Part shown: in pieces, positions 18,301-27,976 of the stretch | Layout of the letters: each line of letters opens with the position of its first letter | How positions within the stretch are numbered: position 1 is the first letter of the stretch | From: Acidimicrobiales bacterium | GTDB taxonomy: Bacteria; Actinomycetota; Acidimicrobiia; Acidimicrobiales; Bog-793 | DNA: 64,000 nucleotides | Direction of reading: 5' to 3' | Assembly (NCBI GenBank): GCA_049523315.1 | Contig: JBEKMZ010000005.1 | Span: 10,179 to 74,178 of the forward strand | Notes under the pieces: model-generated | Database searches by the model: none | Told to the model about the DNA's origin: nothing | The model's input: only the letters and a program-made list of their open reading frames with translations | Made by a program: the position numbers and the translations under genes

Positions 18301-20601
18301 GTGCCGAAGCCCTTCCCGACGCCCCGATGGCGAGGACGGAAGTGGCGCAACGCCGCCGGCGTCATGGTCTGCGTGGCCGGCCTCGCTGTCTCCGGCGCGC
18401 TCGCCGGCTCGGCGACGGCCGCGGTCGCACGGTCCGGCGGCCCGGAGTTCGTGCGCATCGGTACTGTTCCGCACCTGGCGGGGGCGGTCGCGCTCGGGCG
18501 TGTCCCGGGCTCGCAGCGCATCGATCTCGACGTCGCGCTTCGACCGCGCGACCCTGCGGCACTGGCGAGTTTCGTGGCCGGGGTCTCCGACCCGCGTTCT
18601 GCCGAGTTCCGCCGGTACCTGCCTCGGGGCGCGTTCGGATCGGTCTTCGGGGCGACGACGGCGACGGTGCGAACGACCGTCGCGACTCTCCGGAGCCTCG
18701 GCTTTCACGTTGGTTCCGTGAGCAACAATCATCTCGTCGTCAACGTCTCCTCGACGGTGGCGACCGCGGAGAGGGCCTTCGACACGACGCTCGAGCGCTA
18801 CCGCCTCGGCTCGGGCGCAAGCGTGTACGCGAACCTGTCCGCACCCCTGGTCCCTTCCGCCATTGCCGGGGGCATCCAGGCAGTCGAAGGGTTGGACGAC
18901 CTCGCTCTCGTGCACCCGGCAGACCTGAGAGGCGCGCGGCCCGCGGCCGGAGCGGTCAGGCCCGCCTCACGGTCGACGAGCATCGATGTCCCGGGCGGAC
19001 CGGAACCATGTGCGCGCGCCGCCGACCAGACGACCGGCGATCCACCGCAGCCATACACCGCGGACGAGATCGCCTCTGTCTACGGGTTCTCCGAGCTCTA
19101 CCAGGCCGCCGACTTCGGAGCCGGCGTCACCATGGCCGTTTTCGAGCTCGAGCCGTTCGACCAGCCCGACGTGCGCGCCTATGACGAGTGCTACTTCGGC
19201 CAGACGCAAGGTGAGACCATGTCGTCCTCGCCGCAGCTGAACGTCCTCACCGTCGACGGCGCCCAGAGCGGCCTCGCCAACAGCGAGGACGTCGAGTCGA
19301 CGCTGGATGTCGAGGAGGTAAGCGGGTTCCTCCCGGGCGCGACGATCGACGTCTACGAGGGGCCGAACACGAACACAGGCCCGCTGGATGTCTGGAACTC
19401 CATCTTCACCCAGGACACGGCCGAGGTGATTACGACCTCTTGGGGCGCCTGCGAGGCCCAAGACGGTGGCAGCGCCACCGTCGCGGCCGAGGCGAACCTT
19501 TTCGAGCAGGCCGCCGCGCAGGGCCAGACGGTCGTGGCGGCCTCGGGGGACTCGGGCTCGAGCGATTGCACAGACGCGAGCGACAACCCGATCGCCCCGC
19601 CGGCGGTCGACGATCCCGGCAGCCAGCCGTATGTGACAAGCGTGGGCGGGACCTCGATGACGAACCTCGGCTCGCCGGCAGGGCCGACGACGCCAGCCGT
19701 GGCACCAAAGCAGAGCGTCTGGAACAGCGACAACGGGGCCAGCGGTGGTGGCATCTCGTCGAACTGGGCGATGCCGGCGTACCAGGCCGATGCCGCGCCG
19801 GCACTCGGGGTGGTGAAGGCCTACTCCTCGCCGAAGCCCTGCGGGGCGCCGGCCGGGTTCTGCAGGGAGGTTCCCGACGTTTCCGCGGATGCCGACCCGG
19901 ACACCGGTCTCGTGATCTACTGGGACAGCTGGGGCGGTTGGAGCAGCGTCGGCGGCACGAGCATCGCCGCGCCGATGTGGGCGGCCCTTGTCGTGCTGGC
20001 GGACGCCTGGCCCGCTTGTGCCACCCGTCCGGTCGGGTTCTTGAACCCCACCTTGTACTGGATCGCCGGGATGGGCCCGAGTGAGTACGCGTCCGCCTTT
20101 GACGACGTGACTGTCGGGAACAACCACCTGCCCCAGTTCCCGAGCTGGTGGCAGTACCCGGCGACGACCGGCTACGACCTCGCCACTGGTCTCGGTACCC
20201 CGATCGCCGCCAACGAAGACGGTGGCGGTCTCGTCGCCCGGTTGTGCAGCTTGCCCGAGAGCGGGGGAGCGTCGTACGCCTCCCCGACGCGCTCGTCGAT
20301 CGTTGCCGTGCTGTCGCGCGTGAAGGCCAAGCGCACGGCGTCGTCTTGGATCAAGGTCACCCTGCGCACCGCGCTCGGTTTGCCAATCGCCTCCAAGCGC
20401 GTGATCCTTGTTGGGACCGTTCCGGCCCCGTCCGGCGCCAAGATGCTGACAATGCCGGTGTATCTGAAGACGAACACGAAGGGAGTGGCGATCTTCCAGG
20501 TGAGCGACACCCTGATTCAGAAGGTCACCTATCGAGCCACCGACATCACCGACGGAGTGCTGATCCCGGCCTCGGCGACCGTTAGCTACGTCAGGCCATG
20601 A
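18301..20601 (+). CDS. Secreted S53 (sedolisin/kumamolisin) serine-carboxyl peptidase with pro-domain and C-terminal Big-1/invasin-like Ig domain
   Basis: ESTLDVE (Glu/Asp), TSWG, AASGDSG, R.VPDVSADA, GGTSIAAP, GFLNP.LY, GYDLATGLGTP; SD GAGGGG before GTG 18301. Confidence 0.92.
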   Translation: MPKPFPTPRWRGRKWRNAAGVMVCVAGLAVSGALAGSATAAVARSGGPEFVRIGTVPHLAGAVALGRVPGSQRIDLDVALRPRDPAALASFVAGVSDPRSAEFRRYLPRGAFGSVFGATTATVRTTVATLRSLGFHVGSVSNNHLVVNVSSTVATAERAFDTTLERYRLGSGASVYANLSAPLVPSAIAGGIQAVEGLDDLALVHPADLRGARPAAGAVRPASRSTSIDVPGGPEPCARAADQTTGDPPQPYTADEIASVYGFSELYQAADFGAGVTMAVFELEPFDQPDVRAYDECYFGQTQGETMSSSPQLNVLTVDGAQSGLANSEDVESTLDVEEVSGFLPGATIDVYEGPNTNTGPLDVWNSIFTQDTAEVITTSWGACEAQDGGSATVAAEANLFEQAAAQGQTVVAASGDSGSSDCTDASDNPIAPPAVDDPGSQPYVTSVGGTSMTNLGSPAGPTTPAVAPKQSVWNSDNGASGGGISSNWAMPAYQADAAPALGVVKAYSSPKPCGAPAGFCREVPDVSADADPDTGLVIYWDSWGGWSSVGGTSIAAPMWAALVVLADAWPACATRPVGFLNPTLYWIAGMGPSEYASAFDDVTVGNNHLPQFPSWWQYPATTGYDLATGLGTPIAANEDGGGLVARLCSLPESGGASYASPTRSSIVAVLSRVKAKRTASSWIKVTLRTALGLPIASKRVILVGTVPAPSGAKMLTMPVYLKTNTKGVAIFQVSDTLIQKVTYRATDITDGVLIPASATVSYVRP

Positions 20602-21341
20602 GAGGTGTAATCCTCGCCGGCGGGACCGGAAGCCGGCTCCATCCCTTGACGCGCATCACCAACAAGCACCTGCTGCCGATCGGCGACCGGCCGATGATCA
20701 GCTACGGGATCGAGGCACTCGTGAAAGCGGGCGTCACCGAGATCATGGTCGTTACAGGCGGGACGCATGCGGGCGAGTTCTTGCGGTTGCTCTCCAACGG
20801 TCAGGAGTTCGGCGTCGAGCGGCTCCTCTACGCGTACCAGGAGCGAGCCGGGGGAATAGCAGAAGCCTTGGGATTGGCGGCGCAATTCGTCGGAGATGAC
20901 GCGGCTGTCGTCATGCTCGCTGACAACATCTTCGGCCGCTCGTTCGTGTCGTCCGTGCGCCGCTTCGACGACGAGCCCAAAGGGGCCCGCCTTTTGCTCG
21001 CCGAAGTGAAAGACCCGGACCACCTTCGCCATCTCGGCGTGCCCGAGCTCGACGACTCGGGGCGGATAGTGCACATCGTCGAGAAGCCGGACGATCCCCC
21101 GAGCCGCTACTGCGTCACCGGCGTCTATCTGTACGACTCGAGTGTCTTCGACATCATCGGTACCTTGCGACCGTCCGGGCGCGGGGAACTGGAGATCACC
21201 GACGTAAACAACCACTACGTCGCAGAGGGCCTCGTCAGCTACGACGTGCAGGAAGGTTTCTGGGGCGATGCGGGCGAGTCCATCGACGCCTACTACGCCG
21301 TAAACGACCACGTCCGCCGCTACGGCGCCAACCTGGACTGA
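20598..21341 (+). CDS. Sugar-1-phosphate nucleotidyltransferase (short RmlA/SpsI-like glucose-1-phosphate thymidylyltransferase)
   Basis: GVILAGGTGSRLHPLT..NKHLLP, EKP, PSGRGELEITDVN, W.DAG. Confidence 0.9.
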   Translation: MRGVILAGGTGSRLHPLTRITNKHLLPIGDRPMISYGIEALVKAGVTEIMVVTGGTHAGEFLRLLSNGQEFGVERLLYAYQERAGGIAEALGLAAQFVGDDAAVVMLADNIFGRSFVSSVRRFDDEPKGARLLLAEVKDPDHLRHLGVPELDDSGRIVHIVEKPDDPPSRYCVTGVYLYDSSVFDIIGTLRPSGRGELEITDVNNHYVAEGLVSYDVQEGFWGDAGESIDAYYAVNDHVRRYGANLD

Positions 21342-21409
21342 GATCCTGCGCGCAACTGCCGGCCCGGGAGCGCCTGTGGGGTCGGCCGCCCGCGTCTCTC
21401 GTTGTCGCC

Positions 21410-22330
21410 TCACCGCCCGAGGGCGGCCGCCAGGGCGTCGGCAATCTTCGGATAACTATGGACGTAGCCGGAGTCGGTGAGCTTTTTCGGCAGCACGCGT
21501 TGGCTGGCGAGCAATAGCTCGTTCGCAGCCCCGACACCGAGGGCGAGGCGCAGGACGGACGGAGGCACCGCGAAACGGGCGCGCCGTCCGAACGCGTGCG
21601 CAATCGCGTCGGTCAGCTCGCTGTTGCGGACCGGGCTGGGCGAGGTCGAGTTGACAGGGCCGACGAGACCGGTGTCGTCAATGGCGCGCAGTATCACCGC
21701 GACCTCGTCGTCGAGAGCGACCCAGCTCGTCCACTGCCTGCCGTCGCCGAGGCGGGCGCCGAGGCCAAGCTTGAAGAGCGGGGCCTCAACCTTGAGGACG
21801 CCACCCTCGGCACCCCGGTTGCCGCCTAGGACGATGCCGGTCCGTATCGTCACGACACGGATGGAGCGCTGCGATGCAGGCACGGTGCTCGCTTCCCAGG
21901 AGCGGCAGAGATCGGCGAGCACGCCGGCGCCTTGGGCACTGTCCTCGTCGAGGACCTCGTCCCCGCGATCGCCGTAGATGCCGACCGCCGACCCGGAGAC
22001 CAGCACCGCCGGCGGAGATTCGAGCGAGGCGAGAGAGCGGGCGAGGAGATCGCCGAGGGCGACCCGGCTCGAGCGGATGTCCTCGAGTCGCTTCGCGCTC
22101 CAGCGCGTCGTGATCGGCGACCCGGCCAGGTGGACCGCAGCGTCGATTCCCTCCAGGTTCCCGCCCTCGACGCGCGAGGTGTCGAGCCGCCGCCCGGCGA
22201 GGTCGATTCCCACTTCGCCTTCAGCGGGCGGGCGCCGGACGACGGGGTGCACCTCGTCGCCACGTTCACGCAGCGCGCGGACGAGAGCGGATCCGATGAA
22301 GCCACTCGCACCGGTGACGGCGATCCTCAC
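21410..22330 (-). CDS. TIGR01777/YfcH-family NAD-dependent epimerase
   Basis: VTGASGFIG, HLAG, SGSAVGIYG, RTGIVL, LGDGRQWTSWV, GPVN, SQRVLP. Confidence 0.9.
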   Translation of the reverse strand: MRIAVTGASGFIGSALVRALRERGDEVHPVVRRPPAEGEVGIDLAGRRLDTSRVEGGNLEGIDAAVHLAGSPITTRWSAKRLEDIRSSRVALGDLLARSLASLESPPAVLVSGSAVGIYGDRGDEVLDEDSAQGAGVLADLCRSWEASTVPASQRSIRVVTIRTGIVLGGNRGAEGGVLKVEAPLFKLGLGARLGDGRQWTSWVALDDEVAVILRAIDDTGLVGPVNSTSPSPVRNSELTDAIAHAFGRRARFAVPPSVLRLALGVGAANELLLASQRVLPKKLTDSGYVHSYPKIADALAAALGR

Positions 22331-22352
22331 CTTCGTGTGACTCCGGAGTTCC

Positions 22353-22586
22353 TCAGCCGTTAGCCGGGCCACCGAGGGAGTCGATCGGCCCGTAGGGCTC
22401 TTCGGCCTCGAGGTAGCACTCCTCGTGGAAGTGGTCGACACGGTTCCAGGCACCGTCGAGGTAGACGTTCGCGATCACCTGGCGCGGGTGGGTGCGGGCC
22501 GCGAACTTGATCTGCTTGCCGCAGCGCACGCAGCGCACATCGTTGCCCGGCTCCACGCCGCGCACGACTGCTCGGGTTAGGCTCAC
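22353..22586 (-). CDS. Small hypothetical zinc-binding protein (CxxC...HxxC)
   Basis: 77-aa ORF with CVRC and FHEECY; fills the gap between the epimerase and kgd. Confidence 0.65.
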   Translation of the reverse strand: MSLTRAVVRGVEPGNDVRCVRCGKQIKFAARTHPRQVIANVYLDGAWNRVDHFHEECYLEAEEPYGPIDSLGGPANG

Positions 22587-22741
22587 GCACGCACTCCGGG
22601 GCCTGCCACGGCTGTGCGCGCGACCGATGGCGGTGCCGCTATCACGCCCCCACGCTAGTGCCGAGGCCGGCCTTTCGGCCGCGAAGACGGCAATTGTCGC
22701 ATGTGGGAGGCCAGATCCTGCCCTCCGATAGCATCGGGGCG

Positions 22742-25700
22742 ATGGGGGACAGATCGGCCGGAGCAAGGCTCGAGGGCGCTTACGGCACGAACGCCTGGCT
22801 CGTCGAGGAGATGTACGAGTCCTATCTCGCCGATCCGGAGTCGGTGAGCGAGAGCTGGCGCGAGTTCTTCGCCGACTACCGCATAAAGACCGTTGCCGAG
22901 CAGCCCAAACTGGCCGCCGAGGAGGCCGGGGCGACCACGAGCACCGCCCCCGTGACCTCCCCGGCGATGCCCCACCCGCAGCCGCCTGGTTCGACCGAGG
23001 CGCCGGCCTCTTTCGCTCAGGCTCCGGTGCCCCTTCGGGGCGCAGCGGCACGCGTCGTGGAGAACATGATTGCGAGCCTCGTCGTCCCCACGGCCACGAG
23101 CGTGCGCCCGGTACCGGCCAAGCTCTTGGAGGTCAACCGGGTCGTCATCAACGACCATCCCGGGCGGACGACAGGCGGAAAGGTCAGCTACACGCACCTG
23201 ATCGGCTGGGCGGTCGTGAAGGCCCTCTCGGCGTTCCCGGAGATGAACTCGTCGTTCGTGCCCCACATCGAGGGCTCAGGTGGCCCCGGGGTCATCCGCC
23301 ACGAGCACGTTGGCCTCGGCATCGCCATCGACTACGAGCGCGCAGACGGGGGCCGTGCCCTATATGTCCCTTGTGTCCGAGACGCTGACACGCTCGATTT
23401 CGCCGGGTTCCTGCACGCCTACGAGGACCTCGTGCGCAAGGTGCGCACGAACAGACTCTCGGTCGACGACTTCTCCGGAGTGACGGTCACGATCACGAAC
23501 CCCGGGGTGCTCGGGACCACGCAGTCGGTGCCGCGCCTCATGTCGGGCCAGGGCGCCATCATCGGGGTAGGTGCGCTCGGCTACCCCGCCGAGTTCGCCG
23601 CCAGCGACCCGGAAGTGCTCGCCGAGCTTGGCATGAGCAAGGTCGTGGTGCTCAGCTCCACCTACGACCACCGAATAATCCAAGGTGCGCACTCCGCCCT
23701 GTTCCTCGCCAGGGTGCACGAGCTGTTGACAGGCGAGCACGGCTTTTACGACGAGGTATTCACCTCCCTCGCCGTGCCATACGAGCCGGCCCGCTGGCAC
23801 CGCGACATCAACCCTGTCGGCTCGAGCGACGGCGTCCACGGCAGGCTGGTCAAGCAGGCGAAGGTGCAGCAGCTCGTCAACATGTACAGGGTCCGCGGGC
23901 ATCTCATCGCCAACCTTGACCCGCTCGGGACCAGGGCCCCCGCCCTTCACCCCGAGCTCGACCCGCTCACCCACGGCATCACGATCTTCGACCTCGACCG
24001 GAGCTTTGTCGTCGAGGGCCTCGGCGAGGAGACGGAGCTTCGCCTCGGCAGGCTCCTCGACATCTTGCGCGACGCCTACTGCAGGACCATCGGCATCGAG
24101 TACATGCACATCGAGGACCCGGAAGAAAAGAGGTGGATCCAGCTCCACGTCGAGGGCGTCCCGGGCATCTGCCCCCCCGACGAGCAGCATCATGTCCTCG
24201 AGCGCCTGAACGCCGCAGAGGCCTTCGAGCGTTTCTTGCACACCCGCTATGTGGGACAGAAACGCTTCGGTCTCGAAGGCGCCGAGTCGGCGATCCCCTT
24301 GCTGGATGCCATCTTGGATGAGGCGGCGCAGTCCGGCATCGAAGAGGCTGTGCTCGGGATGGCCCATCGCGGCCGCCTGAACGTCCTCGCCAACATCGTC
24401 GGTAAGTCCTACAGGGAGATCTTCGCCGAGTTCGAGGGGAACCTCGATCCAGAGAGCGTGCAGGGGTCGGGCGACGTCAAGTACCACAAGGGCGCGAGTG
24501 GCAAGTTCGCAGCCCGCAACGGCATCGAGCTGCCCGTGATGCTCGCCTCGAACCCGTCGCATCTCGAGGCGGTCGACCCGGTCGTCGAAGGGATCGCCCG
24601 CGCCCGACACGATCAGCGAAGAGACCCCGGGCGTTACCACGTGTTGCCGGTGCTCATACACGGTGATGCCGCCTTTGCCGGCCAGGGCGTCGTCGCCGAG
24701 ACGCTGGAGCTCTCGAAGCTGCGGGGCTATCGGACTGGTGGGACGGTCCATCTCGTGATCAACAACCAGCTCGGTTTCACGACGCCCATCAAGGCGGCCC
24801 GTTCCTCGGTCTACCCCACCGATGTCGCGAAGACGGTCCAGGCGCCGATCTTCCACGTCAACGGCGACGACCCGGAGGCCTGTGTGCGCGTCGGGCGGCT
24901 CGCGGTCGCGTTCCGCCAGCAGTTCCACAAAGACGTCGTGATCGACATGGTCTGCTACCGGCTGCACGGCCACAACGAGGGTGACGACCCGAGCTACACC
25001 CAACCTCTCATGTACAGACAGATCGAGCAGCACCGCTCGGTCCGAAAGCTCTACACCGAGACCCTCGTCAAGCGCGGCGACATCACCATCGAGGAGGCCG
25101 AGCGGGCGCTCGACGATTTCTCGGCCCGTCTCCAGGCGGCACTCGACGAGACGCGTGCCGCCGCGCCACCCCGCATCGAACGCCTGCCCACCCCCGTCGT
25201 CGAGCCGCTGCAGCCGCTGTCACAGGTCACAAGAGGTGTCGAGCGCGCCACCCTTGACCTGATCAGCACCGCGATCCACGAAGCTCCGGAGAGCTTCAAC
25301 GTGCATCCGAAGCTCGCCCGCCAACTCAGACAGCGGGCGGAGCTGTACGAGGCCGGCGAGGTCGAGTGGGCCCTCGCCGAGGCCCTGGCCTTCGGCAGCG
25401 TGCTCCTCGACGGCCACGACGTCCGCCTCGCGGGCCAAGACACCCGTCGCGGTACCTTCAGCCAGCGCCATTCGGTGCTCTTCGACTACGAGACCGGGGC
25501 CGAGTACACGCCTCTGGCGAACTTGCGACCGCTTCCCGCCGAGGCCCCGGAGGGGCGCGGGGTGGGGCGTTTCATGGTCTACGACTCGCTCTTGTCGGAG
25601 TTCGCCGCCCTCGGCTTCGAGTACGGCTACTCGGTCGAGAGCCCCGAGGCGCTCGTGGCCTGGGAAGCTCAGTTTGGAGACTTCGCCAACGGCGCCCAGA

Positions 25701-26431
25701 TCGTGATCGACAACTTCCTGGCTTCCGCCGGGGAGAAGTGGGGCCAGAACTCGGCGCTCACGCTGTTGCTACCGCACGGCTACGAGGGTCAGGGGCCCGA
25801 GCACTCCTCGGCGCGCCTCGAGCGTTTCTTGACGATCTGCGCGGATGACAACCTGACAGTCGCCCAGCCGACGACCGCGGCGCAGTACTTCCACCTTCTC
25901 CGGGCCCAGGCCCATCGGGGCACACGGCGACCGCTCGTCGTGATGACGCCGAAGTCGCTGCTGCGCGCCCGCCAGGCGCGCTCTATGGTCGCTGACCTGG
26001 TAGGCGGAGCCTGGCGTGAGGTCTTAGACGACGAGTCGGTCGACCGGGACCAGGTCAGGCGCGTCGTGCTGTGCAGCGGGAAAGTCGCCTACGAGGCGAT
26101 GGCGCGCCGCGACCGGATCGTCGAGGCAGGAGGGACACCGATCGCAGTCGCCCGCGTCGAGCAGCTCTACCCCTGGCCCGGACAGCAGATCTCCGCGCTC
26201 GTGGAGGGCTATCCGGGCGCCACCGAGGTCGTCTGGCTGCAGGAGGAGCCGGAGAACATGGGCGCGTGGAACTTCGTCCACGGCCGCCTGCACAAGCTCG
26301 CGGCGTCCCGGTTCCAGCTTCGCCACGTGAGCCGCGCCCAGTCCGGCAGTCCGGCGACCGGATCCAGCGCCATCCACCAGTTAGAGCACGAGGATCTTCT
26401 CGAAAGATCGGTGGGCAGCCTTCCGGCCTGA
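22742..26431 (+). CDS. kgd: Multifunctional 2-oxoglutarate decarboxylase/dehydrogenase (Kgd: E2-like + E1)
   Basis: G.NAWLVEEMY, TYDHRIIQG, GMAHRGRLN, SGDVKYH, HGDAAFAGQG (ThDP), WEAQFGDF, GQGPEHSSARLER. Confidence 0.96.
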   Translation: MGDRSAGARLEGAYGTNAWLVEEMYESYLADPESVSESWREFFADYRIKTVAEQPKLAAEEAGATTSTAPVTSPAMPHPQPPGSTEAPASFAQAPVPLRGAAARVVENMIASLVVPTATSVRPVPAKLLEVNRVVINDHPGRTTGGKVSYTHLIGWAVVKALSAFPEMNSSFVPHIEGSGGPGVIRHEHVGLGIAIDYERADGGRALYVPCVRDADTLDFAGFLHAYEDLVRKVRTNRLSVDDFSGVTVTITNPGVLGTTQSVPRLMSGQGAIIGVGALGYPAEFAASDPEVLAELGMSKVVVLSSTYDHRIIQGAHSALFLARVHELLTGEHGFYDEVFTSLAVPYEPARWHRDINPVGSSDGVHGRLVKQAKVQQLVNMYRVRGHLIANLDPLGTRAPALHPELDPLTHGITIFDLDRSFVVEGLGEETELRLGRLLDILRDAYCRTIGIEYMHIEDPEEKRWIQLHVEGVPGICPPDEQHHVLERLNAAEAFERFLHTRYVGQKRFGLEGAESAIPLLDAILDEAAQSGIEEAVLGMAHRGRLNVLANIVGKSYREIFAEFEGNLDPESVQGSGDVKYHKGASGKFAARNGIELPVMLASNPSHLEAVDPVVEGIARARHDQRRDPGRYHVLPVLIHGDAAFAGQGVVAETLELSKLRGYRTGGTVHLVINNQLGFTTPIKAARSSVYPTDVAKTVQAPIFHVNGDDPEACVRVGRLAVAFRQQFHKDVVIDMVCYRLHGHNEGDDPSYTQPLMYRQIEQHRSVRKLYTETLVKRGDITIEEAERALDDFSARLQAALDETRAAAPPRIERLPTPVVEPLQPLSQVTRGVERATLDLISTAIHEAPESFNVHPKLARQLRQRAELYEAGEVEWALAEALAFGSVLLDGHDVRLAGQDTRRGTFSQRHSVLFDYETGAEYTPLANLRPLPAEAPEGRGVGRFMVYDSLLSEFAALGFEYGYSVESPEALVAWEAQFGDFANGAQIVIDNFLASAGEKWGQNSALTLLLPHGYEGQGPEHSSARLERFLTICADDNLTVAQPTTAAQYFHLLRAQAHRGTRRPLVVMTPKSLLRARQARSMVADLVGGAWREVLDDESVDRDQVRRVVLCSGKVAYEAMARRDRIVEAGGTPIAVARVEQLYPWPGQQISALVEGYPGATEVVWLQEEPENMGAWNFVHGRLHKLAASRFQLRHVSRAQSGSPATGSSAIHQLEHEDLLERSVGSLPA

Positions 26432-26461
26432 TGGCGCTCCGGGGTGCTTGACTACAAGGAC

Positions 26462-27976
26462 ATGCCTATCGAGCACATCGTCGTCGACGGATCGAACATC
26501 GCTACAGAAGGAAGGTCGCTTCCGAGCCTGAGCCAACTCGAGGAGGCCGTCGCAGAGCTGCGGCGTGACCACCCCAACGCGGAGATCACCGTCATCGTGG
26601 ATGCCACCTTTGCCCACCGGATCGATCCGTCCGAGTCGTCGCGTTTCGAGCAGGCGGCGATGCGTGGCGAGTACGTTCATCCCCCCGCCGGCGCGATAGG
26701 GCGCGGAGACGCCTTCTTGTTGCGGGTGGCGGAAAAGGTCGACGCAACAGTGCTCTCCAACGACTCGTTCCAAGAGTTCCACGGCGAGCACCCGTGGCTG
26801 TTCGAGCGCGGCCGTCTCCTCGGGGCAACGCCTGTGCCGGGGATCGGATGGATCTTCAGCCCCCGCCAACCGGTCCGCGGTCCCCGCAGCCACCAGGCCG
26901 TTCGGGAGACCGAGCAGGCGAAAAAGCGGGTCACGAAGGCGATCGCGGTCGCGACCAAGGAGGTCGTCAAGCCATCCAGTAGGGCGCAGGCCCCTGCAAC
27001 CTCGTCCGACGGCCAGAAGGGGCGCTCGAGAGGCGGTGCTTCCGCACCTTCGAAGGCGGCCGGGGGCCGGGACTCGGACAAGCCCACCCCGCTTGCGGTC
27101 AACGACCCCTTGGCCTTCATCTCGTTCATTGCCGAGCACCGCCTCGGAGAGCAGCTTGAGGGCGAGGTCGAGGGTTACACCTCGCACGGCGCAGTCGTAC
27201 GAGTCGGCGAGATGCGCTGCTACATACCGCTCGCCAATCTCGGCGATCCCCCTCCACGAAGCGCCCGCGAGGTGCTCAAGCGACATCAACGCGCTGAATT
27301 CGTATTGACGGCGCTGGACCCGCAGCGACGCGGTGCCGAGCTCGCCCTGCCCGGGATCGCATACGTGTCCGGCCATCCCCGGGCGGAGACCGTCGCGGCC
27401 GAGGTCCGCCTCGCAAAGCCGCCGCGAAGGCGTGCCCAAGTCTCCGGTCCGCGCGAAGCCAGGCCGGCGCGGACGCCGACGGCGAGAAAGCTCATCGCCG
27501 ACAAGACCGCCGCGCCGTCGGGCAGGCAGCCTGCGAAGAAGGCCGCCGCGAAGGCGCTGGCCGCCAAGGCAGCGGTGAAGGCGCCTGCAAGCAAGGCGCC
27601 GGCAGGAAGGACCCCCGCGAGCAAGTCGGCTCCCTCGAAGGCCCCCGCCAAGAGGTCCCAGCTGGTCCCCGCCAAGCGGGTCCCGGCCAAGCAAGTCCCA
27701 GCGACGAAGAAGGCCGCCGCGTCCAAGGCCCCGGTAAGGAAGGCGGCCGTGCGGAAGAGGTCCGCCGCGCAGGCTCCAGCGACCACGACGACGGGGAGGA
27801 CCGCAGCGACCAAGAAAGCGGTCGCCGGAGGGGGCATTACGAAGAAGGCGTCCGCAGGCCGGTCGAGGCCCGCCCCGGAGGCCAAGGGCTCTGTCCCCGC
27901 GGAGCTGAGCGCCCTCGAGTCACTGGCCCTCGCGAAGGGCCGCAGGTCCCCGCGGACGGCGGCACGCACGAGATGA
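26462..27976 (+). CDS. NYN/PIN (Zc3h12a/Regnase-like) ribonuclease domain + S1 RNA-binding domain + Lys/Ala/Pro-rich histone-like tail
   Basis: IVVDGSNIA, VIVDA, GDAFLL, VLSNDSF acidic motifs; S1-like GEVEGYTSHGAVV..CYIPL..LDPQRR..LAL; PAKK/KAPA tail; GTG 26444 is an alternative start. Confidence 0.8.
   Translation: MPIEHIVVDGSNIATEGRSLPSLSQLEEAVAELRRDHPNAEITVIVDATFAHRIDPSESSRFEQAAMRGEYVHPPAGAIGRGDAFLLRVAEKVDATVLSNDSFQEFHGEHPWLFERGRLLGATPVPGIGWIFSPRQPVRGPRSHQAVRETEQAKKRVTKAIAVATKEVVKPSSRAQAPATSSDGQKGRSRGGASAPSKAAGGRDSDKPTPLAVNDPLAFISFIAEHRLGEQLEGEVEGYTSHGAVVRVGEMRCYIPLANLGDPPPRSAREVLKRHQRAEFVLTALDPQRRGAELALPGIAYVSGHPRAETVAAEVRLAKPPRRRAQVSGPREARPARTPTARKLIADKTAAPSGRQPAKKAAAKALAAKAAVKAPASKAPAGRTPASKSAPSKAPAKRSQLVPAKRVPAKQVPATKKAAASKAPVRKAAVRKRSAAQAPATTTTGRTAATKKAVAGGGITKKASAGRSRPAPEAKGSVPAELSALESLALAKGRRSPRTAARTR
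27531..27790 (+). repeat. Degenerate coding repeats with about 5-codon period (KAPAS/PAKK-like)
   Basis: PAKKAAAKALAAKAAVKAPASKAPAGRTPASKSAPSKAPAKR..VPAKRVPAKQVPATKK. Confidence 0.7.

Noticed and set aside
26462-26880. NYN/PIN domain as a VapC-like toxin
   Set aside because: No antitoxin ORF upstream, motifs are NYN/Regnase-type, and the protein is multidomain and embedded among housekeeping genes
27531-27790. DNA repeats as a CRISPR or mobile-element signature
   Set aside because: They are degenerate in-frame coding repeats of the Lys/Ala tail, with no constant repeat plus unique spacers
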